The position numbers and the translations under genes were made by a program. The notes under the pieces are model-generated. The model saw only the letters and a program-made list of their open reading frames with translations. It did no database searches and was not told the origin of the DNA. Shown piece after piece: positions 57,592 to 64,000 of a stretch of DNA of 64,000 nt (its first letter is position 1; the number at the start of each line of letters is the position of its first letter). The DNA is from Candidatus Kuenenbacteria bacterium (GTDB lineage: Bacteria > Patescibacteriota > Patescibacteriia > UBA2196 > GWA2-42-15), in NCBI GenBank assembly GCA_012797775.1, contig JAAZOM010000022.1:1241-65240 (forward strand), given 5' to 3'.

Positions 57592-57634
57592 ATCACCCCG
57601 CAGTTACAGCTGTCGGGGTGATTTATGTTTGTGC
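57592..57634. terminator. Bidirectional rho-independent terminator.
   Basis: AAATCACCCCG-N13-CGGGGTGATTT, flanked by A and T runs. Confidence 0.6.
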
Positions 57635-57663
57635 ACTATTGTCATCTGTGCCCATAAGGCATC

Positions 57664-57927
57664 TTATGATTTGGACGTCTGCTCTTTGGCTTCTTTATTT
57701 TTGAAATAAAGAGTCGAAGCCACTGTGCCAAGAGCACAGCCGAGAGCATAGAGTATTACCAATTGCCAGTTGCTAATATCATTGACTATTGTCTCGAGCA
57801 CATAGTACCAGATAAAAATATTGACAATCGTCACGGCTCCACTCGCCAAGATCTGGTTTTTGGTAACTACTTTGGTCCAAGTAGTGACAATCAGCATTTC
57901 CAAAATGCCCACAAAAAATAGCATCAT
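57664..57927 (-). CDS. Small hypothetical membrane protein.
   Basis: 87-aa ORF with two TM helices. Confidence 0.3.
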   Translation of the reverse strand: MMLFFVGILEMLIVTTWTKVVTKNQILASGAVTIVNIFIWYYVLETIVNDISNWQLVILYALGCALGTVASTLYFKNKEAKEQTSKS

Positions 57928-58212
57928 AATAATCTCTTTTATGGCGCTTATTTGCCACTTAGTTTATAAAAAGAACGACCTTTTTATTCTCCAGAAAAAA
58001 ATCAACCAATTAATTACTAACGGGTTGATTTTTAACTGTTTTTCCATTATACTCCGAAAAAGCCCTTTTGTCAACCACAAAAAACCTGTCATTGCGAGGA
58101 GCCAGAGCGACGAAGTTGCCTCATCTTCCCGATAGCTTTTTCCCCCTATTTTTGCTAGTATTAAATTAGTTCTATTCGTATATTTGTATAATATTTGTAA
58201 ATTTGTAGTGGC

Positions 58213-59310
58213 ATGAAAATTTGCCTCATCAATAATCTCTACCCACCCTACAATCGCGGTGGCGCTGAGCGGGTAGTAGAAAACCAAGCCCAAGAATTTG
58301 TGACCGCTGGCCATGAGGTTTTTATTATTACCTCGAGGCCGATACAAGACCGCTCTCAAGCAGGCTCAGAAAAAATTAAAGTCTATCGCTTTTTTCCTCC
58401 CAATATCATTTCCTATTACCACCTGCAAAAATTACCCTTTCCGCTCCGCGCCCCGTGGCGTCTCTTTGACACTTTTAATTTTCACTCCTATTTTAAAATC
58501 AAAAAAATATTGCAAACAGAAAAGCCAGATATTGTCTATGCCCACAACCTAACAGGCCTTGGTCTTCTTATTCCGCGTTTAATTAAAAAATTGAAAATAA
58601 AATATACTCAAACCATGCATGATGTGGTCGGTATCCGCCCGAGCGGCCTTTTGCTTTATGGTCAGGAAAAAGAAAATATTTTTATCAAATTTTGGACCAG
58701 CTTGAATCGCTGGCTGTATAGCTCTCCAGACAAGGTTATCTTTCCGTCAGTATGGCTAAAAAAATATTATGAAGGGCATAAATTCTTCCCGCATGGCCCA
58801 AAAGAGGCTGCACAGAATTTCTACTTGCCATCAGCCAATCTATTGTTGAATAAGAAATTAAAATCCCCAGACAAAGTCACTTTTCTTTACATCGGTCAAA
58901 TCGAAAGCCACAAGGGCATTCTATTTTTAATCCAAACCCTAAACGAGTTACTAGTTACTAGTTATGAGTTACTCATTCTGGGTTCTGGCTCCCAGCTTGA
59001 ATCAGCCAAAGACCTAGCCAAAAGTAATTCACAGATCAAATTCCTCGGTTATCAGCCCAAAGAAAAGATTCAAGAATATTTAAAACAAGCCGACTACACC
59101 ATTGTCCCGTCTCTATGTTATGAGGCCTCACCTACTGTTATTTTTGAGAGCTTGGCTGTTGGTGTGCCTGTTATCGCTTCAAATCTCGGCGGCATCCCCG
59201 AATTAATCAGGGTAGGGGAGAAGGGTTATTTGTTTGAGCCGGGTAATAAAAAGCAGTTGTTAGAAATTATTGAAGATATTTATGCCACAAACCAAAATGC
59301 AAAAAATTAA
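58213..59310 (+). CDS. Glycosyltransferase family 4. It contains a dispersed-repeat-derived segment in-frame.
   Basis: N-terminal NRGGAERVV and C-terminal EASPTVIFESLAVGVPVIAS. Confidence 0.65.
   Translation: MKICLINNLYPPYNRGGAERVVENQAQEFVTAGHEVFIITSRPIQDRSQAGSEKIKVYRFFPPNIISYYHLQKLPFPLRAPWRLFDTFNFHSYFKIKKILQTEKPDIVYAHNLTGLGLLIPRLIKKLKIKYTQTMHDVVGIRPSGLLLYGQEKENIFIKFWTSLNRWLYSSPDKVIFPSVWLKKYYEGHKFFPHGPKEAAQNFYLPSANLLLNKKLKSPDKVTFLYIGQIESHKGILFLIQTLNELLVTSYELLILGSGSQLESAKDLAKSNSQIKFLGYQPKEKIQEYLKQADYTIVPSLCYEASPTVIFESLAVGVPVIASNLGGIPELIRVGEKGYLFEPGNKKQLLEIIEDIYATNQNAKN
58942..58976. repeat. Dispersed palindromic repeat, copy C, embedded in-frame in the GT4 CDS: ACGAGTTACTAGTTACTAGTTATGAGTTACTCAT, encoding ELLVTSYELL.
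   Basis: The same GTTACTAGTTAC units as copies A and D. Confidence 0.55.
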
Positions 59311-59929
59311 GTCAGGTATAGCCGTCGATATTGACGAGACGTTGTCTGGTACGGCTGAGTATTGGTTCAGGCAGATGGCAAAACTTTTTGGCAATCCAGA
59401 AAAGCTGTCAGTAAAAAAATTAATTACCAAATATCGCTATACTTACAATGTTCCTTATTGGCAAACTGGGGGAGCACTAGCTTGGCTTGAACAGCAACGT
59501 CATTCTAATGACTTACAAAAAATTTTACCTTTGATAAAAAACTCCAATCATTATTTAAACAAAATAAACAAAATACTGCCCATAGCCGTTTATTTGACTA
59601 CCAGGCCAGACACTATCGTTCGGGGTACAAAATTTTGGCTTGATAAACACAATTTCCCAAAAGCGCCAATAATCGCCAAGCCATTGAGCTGGAAAGAAAA
59701 CAGTAATTTGTGGAAAGCCAAAACGCTGACAAAATTATATCCTCAAATTATTGGTATTATAGATGACAATCCAGAGTTGGTTGATTATTTATCCGTAAAT
59801 TACAAGGGAACAATTTTTTTATATGATAATAAATCAAAAAAACGGCCGCCGTTAAAAATTATTTGCGCTAAAACCTGGCCGATTCTCTATAAAAAGATAG
59901 TTACTCAAAAATTGACCAAAGCCAGCTAA
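59270..59929 (+). CDS. HAD-superfamily hydrolase (5'-nucleotidase-like). The start is possibly the ATG at 59297.
   Basis: DxDxT motif (IAVDIDETL). Confidence 0.4.
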   Translation: MKIFMPQTKMQKIKSGIAVDIDETLSGTAEYWFRQMAKLFGNPEKLSVKKLITKYRYTYNVPYWQTGGALAWLEQQRHSNDLQKILPLIKNSNHYLNKINKILPIAVYLTTRPDTIVRGTKFWLDKHNFPKAPIIAKPLSWKENSNLWKAKTLTKLYPQIIGIIDDNPELVDYLSVNYKGTIFLYDNKSKKRPPLKIICAKTWPILYKKIVTQKLTKAS

Positions 59930-59952
59930 AATTGTAGGATTAATATATATTT

Positions 59953-60384
59953 ATGGCCAAAGAACATGAAAAATTTTGGATCACCCAGGCCGGTGTTATT
60001 ATCAGAGATAATAAATGCCTAGTTTTGGAACTAACCAAACCGGCTGGTTTTTGGGATATTCCCGGTGGCCGCGTTGATATTGGCGAAGCAGATAATAGCG
60101 AAGCTGCTTTCCGTCGGGAAATAAAAGAGGAGTTAGGCGTTGAGGATTTTAGAATTATCGACTTAGTCGCTCATGATATTTGGTGCGCCAGCGAGGGTAA
60201 TACCCCAGTTTGCGCCCTAATATTTTTGATTGATAATCTTGATACTTATAATTTCCAATTAAGTCACGAACACGCTCAATATAAATGGGTCAGCGAAGAG
60301 GAGATCAAGGACGAATTCCTTTGGCCCGGAGCGATTAAAATGCTGAAAAAAGCCTTTGCCCGTTATAGAGAATTAAAAAAATAA
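59953..60384 (+). CDS. NUDIX hydrolase.
   Basis: Nudix box [25 protein letters not shown]. Confidence 0.7.
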   Translation: MAKEHEKFWITQAGVIIRDNKCLVLELTKPAGFWDIPGGRVDIGEADNSEAAFRREIKEELGVEDFRIIDLVAHDIWCASEGNTPVCALIFLIDNLDTYNFQLSHEHAQYKWVSEEEIKDEFLWPGAIKMLKKAFARYRELKK

Positions 60385-60391
60385 GTTAGTT

Positions 60392-61810
60392 ATGAAATTT
60401 TATATCACCACAACTTTACCTTATGTCAATGCCGAGCCACATATCGGCTTTGCTTTGGAAATTGTGCAAGCTGACGCCATCGCCCGTTGGCGCGCTCAAA
60501 ATGGCGACGAGGTGTTCTTTAATACCGGCACCGACGAGCATGGGCTGAAAATTTATCGCAAAGCTCTAGAGCTCGGAGTTGACCCGCAAAAATACTGCGA
60601 CGAATATGCCGTCAAATTTGACAGCTTAAAAAGCGCTCTAAACTTGAGCTACAACAGTTTTATTCGTACTACTGACGAGCACCATCTCAAGGCCGCTCAG
60701 GATTTTTGGCGTCTTTGTGAAAAAAATGGTGATATTTATAAGAAAAATTATCAAGTCAAATATTGTGTTGGTTGCGAACTGGAAAAGACAGAATCAGAAC
60801 TAGAAAACGGTAAATGCCCCATCCATCCCAATTTAGAATTAGAATTAATTGACGAGGAAAATTATTTTTTCCGTTTTTCCAAATATCAAAAACCACTTCT
60901 AGATTTGTATGAAAAAAATCCTAATTTTGTCGTACCCGCTCACCGCCTCAAAGAAATAAAAAGCTTTATTGAATCAGGCCCGGAAGATTTTAGTGTTTCC
61001 CGGCTCAAAGAAAAAATGTCTTGGGGTATCCCAGTACCCGGTGACGAGAGTCAAGTGATGTATGTCTGGTTTGATGCGCTGATTAATTATATTTCTTGTC
61101 TTGGCTGGCCCAAAGACGAAAAAAGATTCCAAGATTTTTGGCCAGGTGTTCAGGTCGCCGGCAAGGATAATCTGCGCCAGCAAACGGCTATGTGGCAGGC
61201 CATGCTTTTGTCCGCCGGTTTGCCGCCCTCCAAACAGGTGATGATTCACGGGTTTATTACGGCCGGTGGTGAAAAAATGAGCAAATCTCTCGGCAATGTC
61301 GTCAACCCTTTTGACTTGGTAGAAAAGTATGGTACTGATGCCGTGCGCTATTATCTGCTCGCCAAATTGCCACCCTTTGAAGATGGCGATTATACTGAAG
61401 AAAAATTTAAAGAAGCCTACACTGCTGATCTGTGCAACGGCCTTGGCAATCTAGTTTCTCGTGTTTCCAACCTGATTGAGAAAAATAATTTATCACTCAA
61501 ATTATATACCGATAGTGATGATGAAATAAAAAAGAGCTTTGATCAAAAATTATCCGCCTATAAATTCAACGAGGTCTTGGAAATTCTCTGGAGCAAACTG
61601 CGCGCTTGCGACGAAACCATCACCAAAACAGAACCCTGGAAAATAAAAGACAAAGAAGAGTTGAAGAAAATATTAGAACCAATTGCCCAAGATATTTTAG
61701 ATGTAGCGATTTTACTCCAATCATTTTTGCCAAATACTGCAGAAAAGATTATTCGAACGTTTACTACCGAGAAAATTGTGAAAAGTGAAATTTTGTTTCC
61801 TAGAGTTTAA
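60392..61810 (+). CDS. metG: Methionine--tRNA ligase (short form).
   Basis: HIGF (HIGH-like) and KMSKSLGN. Confidence 0.9.
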   Translation: MKFYITTTLPYVNAEPHIGFALEIVQADAIARWRAQNGDEVFFNTGTDEHGLKIYRKALELGVDPQKYCDEYAVKFDSLKSALNLSYNSFIRTTDEHHLKAAQDFWRLCEKNGDIYKKNYQVKYCVGCELEKTESELENGKCPIHPNLELELIDEENYFFRFSKYQKPLLDLYEKNPNFVVPAHRLKEIKSFIESGPEDFSVSRLKEKMSWGIPVPGDESQVMYVWFDALINYISCLGWPKDEKRFQDFWPGVQVAGKDNLRQQTAMWQAMLLSAGLPPSKQVMIHGFITAGGEKMSKSLGNVVNPFDLVEKYGTDAVRYYLLAKLPPFEDGDYTEEKFKEAYTADLCNGLGNLVSRVSNLIEKNNLSLKLYTDSDDEIKKSFDQKLSAYKFNEVLEILWSKLRACDETITKTEPWKIKDKEELKKILEPIAQDILDVAILLQSFLPNTAEKIIRTFTTEKIVKSEILFPRV

Positions 61811-61812
61811 TT

Positions 61813-62283
61813 ATGCTTGAAGAACGTTTTAAAATCACCCCGGCTTCATATTTATTTCTCATCAATGATAAAAATGAATTGCTTTTAGGTTTGCGACAGA
61901 ATACCGGCTATCGCGATGGACAACATGAGGTGCCCGCCGGTCACATTGAGGCAGGGGAATCTTTTGTTGATTGCATTGTCAGAGAGGCCAAAGAGGAAGC
62001 TAATGTAGAAATAAAAACGGAAGACCTAAAAATCGCTCATATTTTACATCGACTAAAGAGCGATGAAGAAGAGCCGGATAAAAACCTTCGTCAACGCCTA
62101 GATGTATTTTATATTGCCAAAAAGTGGTCTGGCGAAATCAACAATAATGAATCCAGCAAATGCGCTTATTGGCGCTGGTTTCCCCTAGATAAATTGCCCG
62201 ACAATATTTTCCCTTATGTTAAATTCGCCCTAGAACAATATCAAAGAGGCGTCATGCTCAGCGAAATAGGGTTTAAAAATTAA
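61813..62283 (+). CDS. NUDIX hydrolase.
   Basis: Nudix box GHIEAGESFVDCIVREAKEEANV. Confidence 0.65.
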   Translation: MLEERFKITPASYLFLINDKNELLLGLRQNTGYRDGQHEVPAGHIEAGESFVDCIVREAKEEANVEIKTEDLKIAHILHRLKSDEEEPDKNLRQRLDVFYIAKKWSGEINNNESSKCAYWRWFPLDKLPDNIFPYVKFALEQYQRGVMLSEIGFKN

Positions 62284-62303
62284 AAATTAGAAACTTTACT
62301 CAT

Positions 62304-62822
62304 ATGCTCGTCATCGACATTATTTTGCTCATTATAATTCTGGGTTTTATTATCAACGGCTGGCAATTGGGTCTTATCAAAACCCTTGGCGCTTTGATTG
62401 GCATTCTGGTTGGTGTGGTTTTGGCTGGCCATTTTTTCAATGAGCTAGCCGTACTCCTCACTCCGGTTTTTGGCGGTCGCGAAAATCTCGCCAATATTAT
62501 CAGCTTTTTGGCGATATTTTTGATCGTCAATGGTCTCGTTGCCATGGGCATCTGGCTTCTCAAGGGCACACTCAAGCTTCTTTCTTTTGTGCCATTTGTC
62601 AAACTAGTTGATCATATTGGTGGTGCGGTTGTCGGCCTTGTTTGCGGGGTTTTTGTCCTAGGGATTTTAATTGTGGTTGTTTATAAATATCCGGTTATCA
62701 ATTTTCTGACCGTTTATTTGGAACAATCAAAAATTGTGCCGTTTATAGTCAAAGGCTCATCGGTTGTTATGCCCCTTTTGCCTGAAGCAGTCAAGCAAGT
62801 AAAAGATGTCCTAAAGGTTTAA
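62304..62822 (+). CDS. CvpA-family membrane protein.
   Basis: Four TM helices and the N-terminal pattern D.I..II..G.I.G...G.I...L typical of CvpA. Confidence 0.5.
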   Translation: MLVIDIILLIIILGFIINGWQLGLIKTLGALIGILVGVVLAGHFFNELAVLLTPVFGGRENLANIISFLAIFLIVNGLVAMGIWLLKGTLKLLSFVPFVKLVDHIGGAVVGLVCGVFVLGILIVVVYKYPVINFLTVYLEQSKIVPFIVKGSSVVMPLLPEAVKQVKDVLKV

Positions 62823-62826
62823 CATC

Positions 62827-62966
62827 TTTTCCCCTCCTCTCTGAGGAGGGGGTAGGGGGTGGTGGGAGACTCGCAGTAATTTGATTATATAAAAAACTTA
62901 TTAGTGCAACTGTCCCACCACCCTGGCTCGCGAGCTCGCCACCCCCCCCTCAGGGAGGAGGGGAAA
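62827..62966. repeat. GC-rich compound inverted repeat (~140 nt) with nested hairpins and G-runs; a candidate structured RNA, terminator or miniature insertion.
   Basis: Outer arms TTTCCCCTCCTC/GAGGAGGGGAAA and inner arms GGGTGGTGGGA/TCCCACCACCC around a ~40-nt AT-rich loop. Each arm has its own CCTCC..GGAGG hairpin. Confidence 0.6.
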
Positions 62967-63016
62967 TTCACGCGCCCGGATTAGTTTTTAGACTAAAAAA
63001 TTCTAAAATTATTTTC

Positions 63017-63883
63017 ATGCCCTTTCTTATTGACAGCCACGCCCATGTGAATTTCAACGCTTTCAAAGACGACGGAGAAGAAATTATCCGTCGTTCTTTG
63101 ACTAAAGGTATCTGGATGGTCAATGTCGGTTCACAGCATGATACCTCCAAACGCGCTTTGGAAATTGCCAATCAATATGACGAGGGCGTTTATGCCGCTA
63201 TTGGGCTACACCCGATTCATTTATCGCACACCGAAGTTGACGAAGAAGAAATTCATTTTCAGACCCGTGAGGAACAGTTTGATGAAAATAAATATCAAGC
63301 TCTAATTGACGCTGACAAAAATCATAAAATCGTGGCCGTAGGGGAGATTGGCCTTGATTATTTTCATATTCCGGCAGAGATGACCCTGGAAGAAGTGAGA
63401 AATCGTCAAGCACCAGATTTTATCAAACAGCTACATTTTGCCGCCAAAAATAATCTGCCAGTGATTATCCACTGCCGCGATTCTGAGCGTGGCAAATTTG
63501 ACGCTTATCGAGATACTTTGGACATCCTGAAAGCAGAAATAAAAAATGGTTTGCAACTACGGGGCATCAAGCACAGCTTTGACGGCGATCTAAAGATTGC
63601 CGAAGAGTTTTTTCAATTGGGATTTTACATCAGCTTTACCGGCGTGATTACTTTTGGCAAAAATGCTGAAGATTTGCGCCAGCTAGTCAAAGCTTTACCC
63701 TTAGATAAAATATTAGTAGAAACCGATTGCCCCTATTTGGCTCCGGCCCCCCATCGCGGCGAGCGCAATGAACCAAGTTTTGTCGAATTTACCGCCCAAA
63801 AAATCGCGGAATTAAAAAATATTTCTTTGGATAAGGTTGCTGAAACTACTATGGAAAATACAAAAGATTTATTTAAATTTTAG
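63017..63883 (+). CDS. tatD: TatD-family metal-dependent hydrolase (DNase).
   Basis: IDSHAHV, VGEIGLDY, IIHCRD and ETDCPYLAP. Confidence 0.85.
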   Translation: MPFLIDSHAHVNFNAFKDDGEEIIRRSLTKGIWMVNVGSQHDTSKRALEIANQYDEGVYAAIGLHPIHLSHTEVDEEEIHFQTREEQFDENKYQALIDADKNHKIVAVGEIGLDYFHIPAEMTLEEVRNRQAPDFIKQLHFAAKNNLPVIIHCRDSERGKFDAYRDTLDILKAEIKNGLQLRGIKHSFDGDLKIAEEFFQLGFYISFTGVITFGKNAEDLRQLVKALPLDKILVETDCPYLAPAPHRGERNEPSFVEFTAQKIAELKNISLDKVAETTMENTKDLFKF

Positions 63884-63887
63884 GTCG

Positions 63888-63997
63888 AGTAACTTGTAAC
63901 TAGTAACTCGTAATTAGTAAATGGTAGAATTTTTATTTTAAATAAAATAACAGTCCTTGTGCTAGTTACTAGTTACGAGTTACTAATTACTGCCTTG
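63888..63997. repeat. Dispersed palindromic repeat, copy D. It has left and right arms of GTAACT/AGTTAC-type units around a 27-nt AT-rich spacer and is truncated by the window end.
   Basis: The right arm CCTTGTGCTAGTTACTAGTTACGAGTTACTAATTAC matches copy A at about 35 of 37 nt. Confidence 0.7.
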
Positions 63998-64000
63998 TTT

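Noticed and set aside
57821-58359. Overlapping ORFs 57821-58135 (+) and 57964-58359 (-).
   Set aside because: They overlap each other and the small membrane gene and have low-complexity products. Hairpin and promoter-like signals in this gap suggest it is non-coding.
9494-63997. Possibility that the GTTACTAGTTAC repeats are a CRISPR array.
   Set aside because: The copies are tens of kb apart, have no regular spacer periodicity and no cas genes, and are palindromic AT-rich units. They are not CRISPR.

Overview
The window is AT-rich (about 35-40% GC by eye) with a compact tail of the ribosomal-protein operon, consistent with a small-genome, possibly CPR/Patescibacteria-like, bacterium. The left end carries the C-terminal fragment of a large serine recombinase. 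It reads antisense into an intact tRNA-Ser(GCT), and a truncated, interrupted second copy of the same tRNA follows, suggesting an integrative-element junction just outside the window. The core operon infA-rpmJ-rpsM-rpsK-rpsD-rpoA-rplQ-rplM-rpsI is intact; rpoA lacks a canonical alpha-CTD and ends in an acidic tail plus an AT-hook-like KKKRGRPKK motif. Positions 6.6-7.7 kb hold a GC-rich, terminator-flanked gene for a secreted clan GH-A glycoside hydrolase that looks foreign. A cell-surface glycan cluster spans about 10.4-51.7 kb (densest at 13.2-51.7 kb) in three transcription blocks. It contains nine GT4 glycosyltransferases (a tenth, GT4 58213-59310, lies outside the cluster), two GT2, one GT-A-like and two confident GT-C ArnT/PMT-like enzymes. 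It also holds at least nine SAM methyltransferase domains (two fused to glycosyltransferases), a B12-binding radical SAM and a SPASM radical SAM. The remaining cluster genes are an AsnB-like amidotransferase, RmlC/RmlD-like and Rmd/UXS/GalE-like sugar-nucleotide enzymes, a WbaP/PglC-like initiating phosphotransferase and an MsbA/PglK-like ABC half-transporter. The cluster closes with a Wzy_C/O-antigen-ligase-like protein with TPR repeats, an S8 subtilase with FG-GAP repeats and GtrA. Housekeeping genes follow at the right end (metK, yjbQ-like, apt, mtnN, gltX, metG, two NUDIX, cvpA-like, tatD). Three things are not explained by the genes. First, a dispersed palindromic repeat family built on GTTACTAGTAAC-like units overlaps stop codons, brackets a small ORF and sits in-frame inside a GT4 gene. 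Second, an intergenic element of the form TTATCCTGA-hairpin-GAAGGATCCC (second stem)-CTCAAGATAAA occurs in three copies plus one variant. Third, a GC-rich 140-nt compound inverted repeat with G-runs lies between cvpA and tatD. A GC-rich orphan small gene with a strong SD and its own terminator sits at 53.4-53.7 kb. No CRISPR array or rRNA was seen.
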